64,000 nucleotides of DNA, from the NCBI GenBank assembly GCA_964291295.2, contig OZ219754.1:992001-1056000 (forward strand), in the 5' to 3' direction. The notes below the pieces were generated by a model that saw only the letters and a program-made list of their open reading frames with translations, made no database searches and had not been told where the DNA came from. Positions 46,549 through 55,706 of the stretch are shown here, piece after piece. Source of the stretch: an uncultured Candidatus Binatia bacterium. GTDB taxonomy: Bacteria > Desulfobacterota > Binatia > UBA9968 > JAJDTQ01. The stretch's first letter is position 1. Each line of letters begins with the position of its first letter. The position numbers were made by a program, and so were the translations under genes.

Positions 46549-46908
46549 CTACGACTCCTCGTTTGATGCACGTTGAATCATGCGCTCGATCGCGGTCGCG
46601 AGTTCGGGCAAGTCACGTTCAACGACGTTCCAGACGACCTCGGCATCGATCTCCCGATAAGTGTGGGTCAAAACGTTGTGAAATCCCGCTGGCTCGTCCC
46701 ACGGAATATCCGGTTCGGTGGCCTTGAGCGGTGCCCCGAGTCGTTGTATGGACTCCGCAAGGGTCTGGAGGTTGCGCACTACGGCATCCTGTACCAAGTG
46801 CGAACGTTCGAACGTTTCCCACCGATTGTCGGTGTATTCCCGAATACGCTGGACGTACAGCCGGATATGATCCAGCAATATGAGGTCCGACTCGCGATGG
46901 GCCTTCAC
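46549..46908 (-). CDS. HEPN/DUF86 (HepT-like) toxin
   Basis: QDAVVRNLQTLAES, PDIPW, GFHNVLTHTY, VVWNVVERDLP. Confidence 0.85.
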   Translation of the reverse strand: MKAHRESDLILLDHIRLYVQRIREYTDNRWETFERSHLVQDAVVRNLQTLAESIQRLGAPLKATEPDIPWDEPAGFHNVLTHTYREIDAEVVWNVVERDLPELATAIERMIQRASNEES

Positions 46909-47189
46909 AACGGCTCCGCTTCCCGCAGGATGCGTTCGCGGAGTGCCGGATGCAGAGCGCGTTCTGTCACGACGTCCACTTGGCGCTGCAGGAGTTTCCG
47001 AACATCCATCAGGAGTCCGCCCAGCGCCAGCCCTGTCCTGTCCGGCGGCAGCATCACCAACAGGTCCACATCGCTCGTCTCGTCCGCATCACCCCGGGCC
47101 ATGGAGCCGAACACGCGAACGTTGCGAACGCCGCGTCGCTCAGCCAGTGCGAGAATTTCGGCGCGATGGGCTTCAATGAGCGGGTGCAT
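46905..47189 (-). CDS. Minimal nucleotidyltransferase (MNT) antitoxin
   Basis: VRVFGSMARGDADETSDVDLLV (GSx10DxD), VDVVTERALHP. Confidence 0.9.
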   Translation of the reverse strand: MHPLIEAHRAEILALAERRGVRNVRVFGSMARGDADETSDVDLLVMLPPDRTGLALGGLLMDVRKLLQRQVDVVTERALHPALRERILREAEPL

Positions 47190-47282
47190 TCTCAGACCGA
47201 CTCTTTCATCGTGAGTTGCATGACCCACTTCGCTTGCTCGCCTGCGGCGTCATCGTTGCGGCCATGATCCGTCTCGGCATGC

Positions 47283-47309
47283 GGCACCTTTTTCATGAAC
47301 GAAGGTGCC
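47283..47309. promoter_or_regulatory. Palindrome upstream of MNT gene
   Basis: GGCACCTT-TTTCATGAACG-AAGGTGCC. Confidence 0.4.
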
Positions 47310-47460
47310 ATTCACGTCGTTTCCCGCGGATCAGGAGACCCGCCAGTTGCGTTCCCATTTCTTTTCGCCCTCGGGAGAGCCCATCATCCGAAAGATCCGT
47401 TTGACCAGATCGGCAGTCTGCAACTGCGGGGCTTCGGGCCTGCCTTCATGCCCCCCGGTT

Positions 47461-48528
47461 TCACGGAGTTTCATCCCTTGCTGCCGACCAGGAGTCGTAG
47501 ATGGCCTTGGCTTCGCGCGCTGATCGGCCTAGTGGAATGTCTTCCGACCATCCTTTCTCCTGCCAGCGCCACTGAATGTCGGAGAAGGCCGCACCCTTGA
47601 GTTCGGGGTCTTCGATCGTCTCCCATTCTTTTGCCAGCGCCCTGCCGCGCAGGATGTCATCCTCCGGGGCGTTGTGTGCGTCCTTCAGTCTGGCAATGGT
47701 CGTATCCACCCATACACAGCGCTGTACGGGCGGGGAAACGGGTTGCGCCGAGAAACGCCCGTAGCCGGCTCGGGTTCTGGCTCCGCCGCCGCGTGTGCTC
47801 AGGGCGGAGATCAGTATCTCTTCCGTCAGTGCGAGCCAGTCGGCCGATCCCTCCATCACGAACCGAAATGCGCCGTGCGCCGCGATCTGGGCATTCGGAA
47901 CCGGGCTGTCGCAGTCGGTAGCCGGTTTGGCACCATCCTGACTGTAGTAGTCGGGATGGTGTGTGGTGACGACCTCCGGCACCAGAGGGAAATCCGCCGA
48001 ATCGGGGACCCACCAGGCATCATGGAAAGCAACCAGCCCTGACAGCCCGGACGGCCGCTTCTCGGTGGCGGGAGCGCCGAACAGTTCGCCGCAGACCGCC
48101 GGACCTTTGTCCGTGTCGAATCGTTCGCGCGCATGCGCATGAACGACGCCCTTGACGCTTGAGCCGGGGATATACGGCATCCCGTGGCTGTGGCTGATGA
48201 CGCAGCCGGTCTCAAGCATGCCGCCGCCCGTGAGTCCGATGAACAAGCGGGTTTCGATTGCCAGATGCACGGAGCGAAAACGCGCCGGATCCGTGGTCGC
48301 TCGCCTCCAGCGTGCGTAGGCCCGCCGATAAAAGTCACCCGCGATGCTCCGGCATACCTGGGCAACGTGTCTCGACTTGCTGTCGGCGTCTCCCCCGGAC
48401 TCGACAAGACCTCGTTGGAGCAGCAGCCCCGGATGGGGCTCGCCGACGAGGGAGTCTTTCTCAAGAGAGTCTTTCGCGATCTTGTCGTAAAGGGGACGCA
48501 AAGCGTCGCGCATCAGCGGCACCGTCAT
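47461..48528 (-). CDS. cmr6: Type III-B RAMP Cmr6
   Basis: RLFIGL, LETG, GMPYIPGSSVKG, FHDAWW, VVTTHHPDYY, DSPVP, GARTRAGYGRF. Confidence 0.93.
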   Translation of the reverse strand: MTVPLMRDALRPLYDKIAKDSLEKDSLVGEPHPGLLLQRGLVESGGDADSKSRHVAQVCRSIAGDFYRRAYARWRRATTDPARFRSVHLAIETRLFIGLTGGGMLETGCVISHSHGMPYIPGSSVKGVVHAHARERFDTDKGPAVCGELFGAPATEKRPSGLSGLVAFHDAWWVPDSADFPLVPEVVTTHHPDYYSQDGAKPATDCDSPVPNAQIAAHGAFRFVMEGSADWLALTEEILISALSTRGGGARTRAGYGRFSAQPVSPPVQRCVWVDTTIARLKDAHNAPEDDILRGRALAKEWETIEDPELKGAAFSDIQWRWQEKGWSEDIPLGRSAREAKAIYDSWSAARDETP

Positions 48529-48926
48529 GATGCCTCCTCCCCGCTGTCGTCTCCGGTCGCGTTTACGCGGAGCACGCCCTGCACGTAGCGCTTCAGCCAG
48601 CCGCTCGCTTCCAGGGAACGGCGGGTAAGATGCAGGGTCCGGCGGAGGTCGCTTTCGACGATCATCTCGTGAAGACCTTGACCATCGCCGGCGGTCGTGG
48701 CCCCAGTGGCCCGCAATACCGCGTTCAGATCGTCGAGCAGGGCGCGATGGGCGCCCGTCCCCTTCGCGAGCAGAAAGCCGGTGGCGTGCGCCAGGCCATT
48801 CTCAAGGATCATGCCTGGCAGTCCGTGCGCCAGAGCTCCATATTGCTTCTTTTCCAGGCAATCGCGGCGTGCGGCGATGCACTCGTAAGCCTTTCGGGCG
48901 ATGGCATGGGTGCGGAGCCGGATCAT
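48525..48926 (-). CDS. cmr5: Type III-B small subunit Cmr5
   Basis: YGALAHGLPGMILENGLAHATGFL...WLKRYVQG. Confidence 0.92.
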   Translation of the reverse strand: MIRLRTHAIARKAYECIAARRDCLEKKQYGALAHGLPGMILENGLAHATGFLLAKGTGAHRALLDDLNAVLRATGATTAGDGQGLHEMIVESDLRRTLHLTRRSLEASGWLKRYVQGVLRVNATGDDSGEEAS

Positions 48927-49810
48927 GCCGAAGCCTCCGCGGTGAGGAAGCGAACCAGCCCACGGCCGACGCCGGTCTTGCCGCCGAGCTGCAGCAGCGT
49001 ACCGGAGCCCGGCATTGAAAGCGCGAGCTCATCCGTCGAGCGCATATCGTCACCGTTCCCGGATGCGGAAAGCGCGAACAGTCCCCAGAGGACAGTTTCG
49101 GCGGGGAGATTCTCTTCATACCAGAGCGCACCCTTGTGGACGGTGCCGGTTTCGGGGTCAAGGGCAATACGGGATCGTATCTCGGTGGCGGTCTCGGCAA
49201 GAAAGCTCATGATCTCATCGGGGAGCAGCGCAACGCGGCAAGCCACGTCGTTCCGGTCTTCCACATCGTCAGTGTCGGGATACAGGGCCTTCACGATGAG
49301 CGTTGCCCATTCTTGCAGGAGTGCTCCGTCGTCGCGGGTCCGCAGGTCGAGATCCTCGAGCACGAGCTTCCCGTCGGCACGGTTGACGGACTCTGCCGGC
49401 ACCAGCGCCTCATCCGCGGATGGCTCGGGCGGTATTTGGGGTGCAGAGATGCCCGCGTGTTTCAGGTCGCGCGCGTAACGACGCAGGATGAATGGCGCGG
49501 TCACGTAGCTCACGATGCCGGCCAGGCAGCGCACCGGCAGAAGCAAGAGGTGTGCGTCCCCGATAGCCAGAGATCCGGCGAAGGTGTCCTGATCACCGCT
49601 GATGGACTCGGGGCCGAACAAGGTTCGGGCGGCGGCCGCGTCGCTGTCGGTCACCTGCTGGCGCAGGACGCCGCGCAGCGACGAGCCGGGTACGATGGGA
49701 AGCTTGGTCGCCCGGGCTCGGGCGATGGGCAGATCCACCACGCCGGCAGACTGCCCGGTTCCGCAATGCAGCGCGGAGAGGGCGTGAAGATGAAAGAGCT
49801 TCGGGTGCAT
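48923..49810 (-). CDS. cmr4: Type III-B RAMP Cmr4
   Basis: LHCGTG...VDLPIAR (catalytic-position Asp), PGSSLRG, GALWYEENLPAET, LQLGGKTGVGRG. Confidence 0.95.
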   Translation of the reverse strand: MHPKLFHLHALSALHCGTGQSAGVVDLPIARARATKLPIVPGSSLRGVLRQQVTDSDAAAARTLFGPESISGDQDTFAGSLAIGDAHLLLLPVRCLAGIVSYVTAPFILRRYARDLKHAGISAPQIPPEPSADEALVPAESVNRADGKLVLEDLDLRTRDDGALLQEWATLIVKALYPDTDDVEDRNDVACRVALLPDEIMSFLAETATEIRSRIALDPETGTVHKGALWYEENLPAETVLWGLFALSASGNGDDMRSTDELALSMPGSGTLLQLGGKTGVGRGLVRFLTAEASA

Positions 49811-49846
49811 GGTGCCGTCCTTCCGAAAGTCGGGCCGTGCAATGCG

Positions 49847-51115
49847 TCAGGACGGCGACGTCCATGCGCTTGGCAGGATGAGTCCGAAGCCGTCGCGCCG
49901 GTCCTGTTCAAGGTCGCTGATGCTGGCCAGCCAGAGCGCATCAAGCAGGCCGGGATCGTTTGGATCGATTTCGTCCAGGATGCGAAACCAGTACGTGGTG
50001 CCGGCCCCGGCAAGCTTGCGGGTGGCGCGAGGGCGGCGCCTTGCAAGGTCCCAGCCCGAATGCGGCTGCCAGCGGTCTACCGCGGCCGCCCGCAGTTGCA
50101 GCCGCAGCCGGGGCGCGGCGGGCGGGCTTCCGGTCAGAGTCTCGCTGTCGAGCCAGTCCGGGCGGTATCCGGCCGAAAAGATCCCCGGCGTCAGCAGCGT
50201 CAGACAGAGACCGCCGGCGGTGGCGATCTCCTTCAGCCAGCCCGGAGGCGGTGCGGGCCAGAGCCGTTCGGCCTCCGGCTGCAATGCGGCCAGACGGCGC
50301 TTGCCGCCGAGGTGCACCAGCGTTTCGCCCAGTGCCTCGCCGCAGCGTACCAGGAGCCTCAGCCCGCCTGCAGACGGCCCGGCAGCCTGATCCGGCGCAT
50401 CAAGGTCCAGGCCCTCGGTCTGGAACAGCCCTCCCGTGTGCGCGGCATCCTTGTCCGGTTTGACGGTGACGTGAGTCCGACGATCACCCGGCGGCGGCAC
50501 CCAGCCGTGTTGGTACGGCATCTCTTCTCCCCGGCGGAATGCCAGAAGGTCGCACCATTCCCACCAGGTCGGGCCGGGCACGGGCTTGCTGGCAACGGGT
50601 TCGGTCAATCGCACCGGCAGCAGGCCGCCAGGCAGATCGGCACCGGCTCCGGGGTCGAACGGACGCGGCTCGGTCCGCGTGCAACGCTTCTTGTCGCCAG
50701 CACCGAAGTAGAGAGCGTCGGCGGGCTTCGGTGCCAGCACCTGGTTGGAACGAGTCAGGAGCAACGGCCCCGCCACCGTCAGTTCCGCGAGTTCCGGTCC
50801 GAAGGGCCTGCCCGTTGATCGCGCCCAGGCGGTCCGCAAACATCCGGCCGTGGTCGACGGAGGCGGGAAGCGCGCCGGGTCGGCATCGAAACGGCCCTCC
50901 ATGGGGCGAGCGGAGCGCACGATGATGGGCGCAAGCGGATCCAGGCTCACGACCGTGCTGGAGACGCATGGTTCATCGGGACGGACGGGTGCCGCGCCGC
51001 GCTCCTCGGCCTGTGGTGTCTGGCTGGCGTTCGCTTGTTGCGGCGCGCGCCCTGCCTGGGCCTGCTCGCGGTGTTTCGATCGCGAACGCTTTCTCTTTCT
51101 TCCCCGGGGGCTCAT
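49847..51115 (-). CDS. cmr3: Type III-B RAMP Cmr3
   Basis: PIIVRSARP, FPPPSTTAGCLRT, HLGGKRR, LTLLTPG, SGWDL, AGTTYWF, DGFG; ATGA overlap with cas10 stop. Confidence 0.92.
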   Translation of the reverse strand: MSPRGRKRKRSRSKHREQAQAGRAPQQANASQTPQAEERGAAPVRPDEPCVSSTVVSLDPLAPIIVRSARPMEGRFDADPARFPPPSTTAGCLRTAWARSTGRPFGPELAELTVAGPLLLTRSNQVLAPKPADALYFGAGDKKRCTRTEPRPFDPGAGADLPGGLLPVRLTEPVASKPVPGPTWWEWCDLLAFRRGEEMPYQHGWVPPPGDRRTHVTVKPDKDAAHTGGLFQTEGLDLDAPDQAAGPSAGGLRLLVRCGEALGETLVHLGGKRRLAALQPEAERLWPAPPPGWLKEIATAGGLCLTLLTPGIFSAGYRPDWLDSETLTGSPPAAPRLRLQLRAAAVDRWQPHSGWDLARRRPRATRKLAGAGTTYWFRILDEIDPNDPGLLDALWLASISDLEQDRRDGFGLILPSAWTSPS

Positions 51116-52953
51116 GTACGTTCTCCCGTCTCCCCGGCCGAGCGCGCCGAAAGCCAGCGCGCGATGATCAACGTATCCGCCAGTTCGTTCAGCGGCTGAA
51201 CCGCGGTCCGTTTCTGGATGAGGCACCGCAGATCGGCGGGAATGCGCTTGCTGCCGCCCTCGCCGCGCGCCCGGTCGAGCAGGCGGTCCACCTCCGCGGC
51301 CCGCATGCCCCGGACAGTTTCGTCTTCGCGCAGCTCGGCAAGGCGCAGGCCAATGGCGCGCAGGTCATAGGCAACGCGGGACGGCAGCAGGCCGTCTCGA
51401 AAGGCGTCGGTCAGCCGGTTGAGTGCCTCGAACGCCGCGTCATCAATCCACTGTGCTCGCCACTGGATCTCCGCCCCGGACCGGATGCCGAGCACTATGG
51501 CGAGTGCATTGCGCGGAGTGCACGTGGAGTCTCCCTTCGCCGCATTCTCGGCCCGTTCGGCGCGTGCCCGGAGCGCCCCCAAGGGCTCCATTACATGACC
51601 GATGCCGAGGCCCACCGACAGGCTGGGCCGCTCGTCGCGTCCAATTTCCAGATCGGCGGCGATTCCCGCGAGGGAATCCGCGAACACATCCGCCAAGGTG
51701 CGGGAGCAGGCTGTGGCATGGGCGAGCGGGACCAGTGCCAGGACATCGTCGCCGCCCGCATAGACCGCGTGGCCACGATACTCGCGTACGATCCCGCGCA
51801 CCTTGGATGCGAAACCATGCAGCGCGCGGGAGATCTTCCGGGACTGCTCTGCGTTCCGGGCCTTCGCCAGAAAGGCACCCATGCGGTCGCCGTCAGCCTT
51901 CAGGACGGCGGCGTAGGGGACAGGGGCACCCGCCGGAAGTCCGTCCGTGGTCGCCTCGCGGGAGATTCGATTGATGCACTGTTGCAGCTTTTGAAGTGCC
52001 TCACGTTCCTTTTCGTCCGGTTCGCAGGCCAATGCGTTGCTCAGGCGGAACGCGTAGAGCATCTGTGCATCGAAAGGGAGCGTCCGATAGATCCCGTCGT
52101 TGCCTTCGACTCGCGTCGCAAGGTCCAGGCCGACCAGCGCTTCGCAGGCGCTGTGCAAGCGCTGTTGCTGATCGGCTGTGAGCCGCTCGATCCAGGAGTC
52201 TGCGGCAATGCGCGGCCATGCGGTGAACTGCTCCGGATCACCAGCCAGGCGTTTGATGACGCCAAGCGCATCAAGTTGCTCGCCGTCCGTCAGTCCGAGC
52301 TTGCGCTGCGCGCGGTCACCGGCCGGCCAGTCCCGCCGGTCCGGCAAGACGGTCTCGAATGCTCCGTCGAGAGACGATTTCGGCAGGCCGGAGGTCGATA
52401 GCGGCTTGCACGCCCGGAAGTCGCGGGTCGCCTTGCGCGCGGCCAGCACATCGCCGAGTTGTTGGCTGACTTGTGCATATCCGTCCGCATCCGACCCGGA
52501 GTCGCACTGCACCCAGGCCGCGAAGCCTTCGAGGATGTCGTCGATCTGAGCCTGCCAGACGTCGCTCCGCAACGGCCTTCCCATCCGTTCGAGTTCGCCT
52601 CTTGCGGATTCCCCGATCTCCGTCAAGCGCTTCGCGGCCGCGGACTTCGCTTCGTCGCAGAGCTTGCGGGCGGCCGCGGCATCCGGCAAGTCGACCTCCG
52701 CGCGCAGGATATTGGCGATGTTGGCGGCGTCTCCCGGATGGTTCTGTGGTTTCAGGTCTTCCGCCGGATCTTTTGGGCACGGAAAGACGAGACAGCCGGG
52801 CTGCTGTTCATGCATCCATCGGGCGGCGGCCCGCGCCGCTTCCGACAGGAGCCAGGAGCCGCCCCAGAGGTCGCGGGTGCGGCGCGCGGCACCGATGAGG
52901 CTTTGCACCGGCCCCAGAGACAGGGTGACGAGGAACCGCGCCATCGGTGTCAT
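51112..52953 (-). CDS. cas10: Cas10/Cmr2 without HD domain
   Basis: Begins at LSLGPVQSLIGAARRTRDLWGGSWLLS; ADGDRMG; VYAGGDDVLAL. Confidence 0.95.
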   Translation of the reverse strand: MTPMARFLVTLSLGPVQSLIGAARRTRDLWGGSWLLSEAARAAARWMHEQQPGCLVFPCPKDPAEDLKPQNHPGDAANIANILRAEVDLPDAAAARKLCDEAKSAAAKRLTEIGESARGELERMGRPLRSDVWQAQIDDILEGFAAWVQCDSGSDADGYAQVSQQLGDVLAARKATRDFRACKPLSTSGLPKSSLDGAFETVLPDRRDWPAGDRAQRKLGLTDGEQLDALGVIKRLAGDPEQFTAWPRIAADSWIERLTADQQQRLHSACEALVGLDLATRVEGNDGIYRTLPFDAQMLYAFRLSNALACEPDEKEREALQKLQQCINRISREATTDGLPAGAPVPYAAVLKADGDRMGAFLAKARNAEQSRKISRALHGFASKVRGIVREYRGHAVYAGGDDVLALVPLAHATACSRTLADVFADSLAGIAADLEIGRDERPSLSVGLGIGHVMEPLGALRARAERAENAAKGDSTCTPRNALAIVLGIRSGAEIQWRAQWIDDAAFEALNRLTDAFRDGLLPSRVAYDLRAIGLRLAELREDETVRGMRAAEVDRLLDRARGEGGSKRIPADLRCLIQKRTAVQPLNELADTLIIARWLSARSAGETGERT

Positions 52954-54146
52954 CCGTGCTCGAAGTAGTGCATGAATGCGGACAGTGGATCGACGCCGTG
53001 ACTCTGCATCGGTTTGATCTTTTGCGCCAATTCCTTTCGCTGAGCACTATCCGATGGCCATGCAGACCCCACCGATCCGGCCGCGCCCGATCCAAAACCG
53101 ACGCGGACACTCAAGCGGTCCTCCCAGCCGGGCAGCAGCAGCGCGAGGGGATGATACTGTTCGCCGTCGAACCACGGCCGCAGGATCAGCGGGCTCGCCA
53201 TGCGGTCATGCCCGTCGGGAGCGAGCTCGCAGTCGTGTGGATCCCCGCGCCCACGATCCTTGAAGTGAAAGACGACCGGCAGTCCGAACGCGGCGCGGGG
53301 GTAAAAGCCCTCCACCGGGTGTTGCGGTTCATGCCCTTGGGCGTTATGACGGGTTCGGCGTCGGATGGCATCCGGCTCCGGCCAGCGGCTGCGGCCGGGG
53401 CGATTCCCCGCGCCAGGATTCCGCCCGATCCCCGGACCCTGCCGGAATCGTTTCAGCCTGTCGACGGCTTTGTTCCATGCCTTGACCGCGTCTTTGCCGG
53501 GCTGACGGTGAAGAACCATCCAGCCGCCCTGCTCCTGGACTTCCTCAAGGGATACGGGCTTCAGTTTGGCCTCGTTACCGGCCACCCTGATGGCGCCCAG
53601 TCCGCGCCGGGTTCGCGCACCTACGCCGCCGAAGCTCGCCCACCAGCGAAGAGCATTGACGACCTGAGCGTGTTGCTGCTCCGTCACCGTCCGGGCGAAG
53701 TGCAGCACCAGATCGAATTTGTAACCATCCTTCAGAAGATCGGGATTGTCATTCTGTTCAAGAATCAGCGCATAGTCGGCAATCTCGGACTTTTTGACAA
53801 AGCGTTGGCCGTCGGCGGGAGTGGCCTTGACCTCCAACGTTACTCGACTGGCCCGCGGCCCCTGGCTCGATATGCCGCCCCACAGTTCCAACTCTTTGTT
53901 GAAGAGTTCCCGAGAGGTCCGCCCCGCTCCGTTGAGCAGACGCCACCAGAAACGCAAATGGCCACGAAGAGCACCGGGCCGGATGGGGAGTTCGCGGTCA
54001 ATCTCGCCGGGCTTGACACCGCCTCCATACATGGGAGTGATCAGTTCGCACCGGGCAGTCACCGGATCGGGTCCGGCCGGAGGCCGCTTCGCCTCCCAGG
54101 CTTTCCGGGCCGCATCGGGGCAGAGTGTCGGATTCGGTCGTCTCAT
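52950..54146 (-). CDS. cmr1: Type III-B RAMP Cmr1
   Basis: ELITPMYGGG, LRGHLRFWWR, FGGVGARTRRGLG, RAAFGLP, RMASPLIL. Confidence 0.93.
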   Translation of the reverse strand: MRRPNPTLCPDAARKAWEAKRPPAGPDPVTARCELITPMYGGGVKPGEIDRELPIRPGALRGHLRFWWRLLNGAGRTSRELFNKELELWGGISSQGPRASRVTLEVKATPADGQRFVKKSEIADYALILEQNDNPDLLKDGYKFDLVLHFARTVTEQQHAQVVNALRWWASFGGVGARTRRGLGAIRVAGNEAKLKPVSLEEVQEQGGWMVLHRQPGKDAVKAWNKAVDRLKRFRQGPGIGRNPGAGNRPGRSRWPEPDAIRRRTRHNAQGHEPQHPVEGFYPRAAFGLPVVFHFKDRGRGDPHDCELAPDGHDRMASPLILRPWFDGEQYHPLALLLPGWEDRLSVRVGFGSGAAGSVGSAWPSDSAQRKELAQKIKPMQSHGVDPLSAFMHYFEHG

Positions 54147-54441
54147 GCAGGAGATGCTCCGAGACCCCGGCGTCACCACTGCCGAAGCCGAGCATCTGGC
54201 AGCGGAACGCCAAGAGGCGTCAATAATGCCATGGGAACCCTATGCCGGACAAGGCGAAATTCGCTTTTGATCAGAAACATGTCTGCGCGAGGGTGCCTGC
54301 GCGAGGGGAGATGTCGGAAGTGCCGTAGCCGGATAGTCGATGCCTCGCACGGTTGACCCTGAGCATGGTATGGCTTCGCCGCCATCGCGGATGCGTTGGG
54401 CGGCGCGCGGGCTGCCGGGGGGCCGGAGTCTGCTGGGATGT

Positions 54442-55500
54442 TCAGGGGCGCTGTTTGGCCGCGGCGCGGGCGAGGTTTTCGAACAGGGGAAGGGTGGCTT
54501 GCCAGTCGATGCAGGCGTCGGTGACGCTCTGGCCATAGGTGAGCGGGATGTCGGGCTTGATGTCCTGGCGGCCTGCCACGAGGTGGCTTTCCATCATGAC
54601 GCCGCAGATGTTGTCGGATCCGGAGCCGACCTGTGTGCAGATGTCGGCGCAGACCTCGGGTTGACGCCGGTAGTCCTTCTGGCTGTTGCCGTGGCTGCAG
54701 TCCACGAGCACGCGGTGCGGCAAATCGGCGCCGCGCAGGGTCCGGGAGGCCTGGTCGATCACGGCGCGGTCGTAGTTGGGGCCGAGGTTGGAGCCGCGCA
54801 GGATGACATGGCAACTCGCGTTACCGGAGGTGGAGATCACCGCGGCGATTCCCTGATGGGTGACCCCCAGGAAATGATGCGGGTGCGCGGCGGCACGCAC
54901 GCCGTCGATGGCGACCTGGATGGAGCCGCCGGTGCTGTTCTTGAAGCCGACGGGCATGGACAGCCCGGACGCCAGTTCCCGGTGCACCTGGCTTTCGGCC
55001 GTGCGCGCCCCGATGGCGCCCCATGAAACCAGGTCGGCGGTGAATTGCGGGGTGATGGTATCAAGGAACTCGCACCCCGCGGGCATGCCCATGTTCGCCA
55101 AGTCCAGCAGCAATCCCCGGGCGAGCCGAAGTCCCTTGTTGATGTTGAACTTTCCGTCGAGGTCCGGGTCGTTGATGAGGCCTTTCCATCCCACCGTCGT
55201 GCGCGGTTTCTCGAAGTAGACGCGCATGATGACGAGCAGATCGTCCGCCAGGCGTTCGGCTTCGTGCTTCAGGCGGCCGGCATACTCCAGGGCCGCGTCC
55301 GAGTCATGGATGGAACATGGGCCGGAGACCACCAGAAGCCGATGGTCGCGGCCGTCAAGGATCGCTTCGATCTCCTTGCGAGCCCGGGTGACCGTGGCCG
55401 TTGCCTGCGCCGTGATCGGCAACTCCTCGTTTACCAGGATCACCGGCGGCAACAGCGGGCGCAGGTTTTCGATTCTCAGGTCGTCGGTGGTCTGGTTCAT
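54442..55500 (-). CDS. 3-deoxy-7-phosphoheptulonate (DAHP) synthase, class I-alpha (AroF/G/H-like)
   Basis: DDLRI, GPCSIHD, RVYFEKPRTTVGWKGLINDP, IGARTAESQVHRELASGLS, DCSHGNS, YGQSVTDAC. Confidence 0.95.
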   Translation of the reverse strand: MNQTTDDLRIENLRPLLPPVILVNEELPITAQATATVTRARKEIEAILDGRDHRLLVVSGPCSIHDSDAALEYAGRLKHEAERLADDLLVIMRVYFEKPRTTVGWKGLINDPDLDGKFNINKGLRLARGLLLDLANMGMPAGCEFLDTITPQFTADLVSWGAIGARTAESQVHRELASGLSMPVGFKNSTGGSIQVAIDGVRAAAHPHHFLGVTHQGIAAVISTSGNASCHVILRGSNLGPNYDRAVIDQASRTLRGADLPHRVLVDCSHGNSQKDYRRQPEVCADICTQVGSGSDNICGVMMESHLVAGRQDIKPDIPLTYGQSVTDACIDWQATLPLFENLARAAAKQRP

Positions 55501-55706
55501 GGCATCCCTATCCAAGTCGGTTATTTAACACAGTTTTCCACAGGAGGCGAGTACGCGGCGGCGAGACCTTTCGGAGTGGGGCCGGTCCGGACGCAAGGCG
55601 ATGTCGGATAGGTTATAATGGCCGTCCAAGACTCCTGCGGTCGAACGCGGTCGGGTCGGATGCGTGCGAATCGGAATGCGTGCGAATCGTAGTTTCGGAA
55701 AGTCTC

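Noticed and set aside
47190-47460. CRISPR array or mini-array between cmr6 and MNT (also checked 54147-54441)
   Set aside because: No recurring 25-40-bp repeat seen; only a single palindrome.
55501-55706. oriC
   Set aside because: Only one good DnaA-box match and no extended AT-rich unwinding element or dnaA gene.
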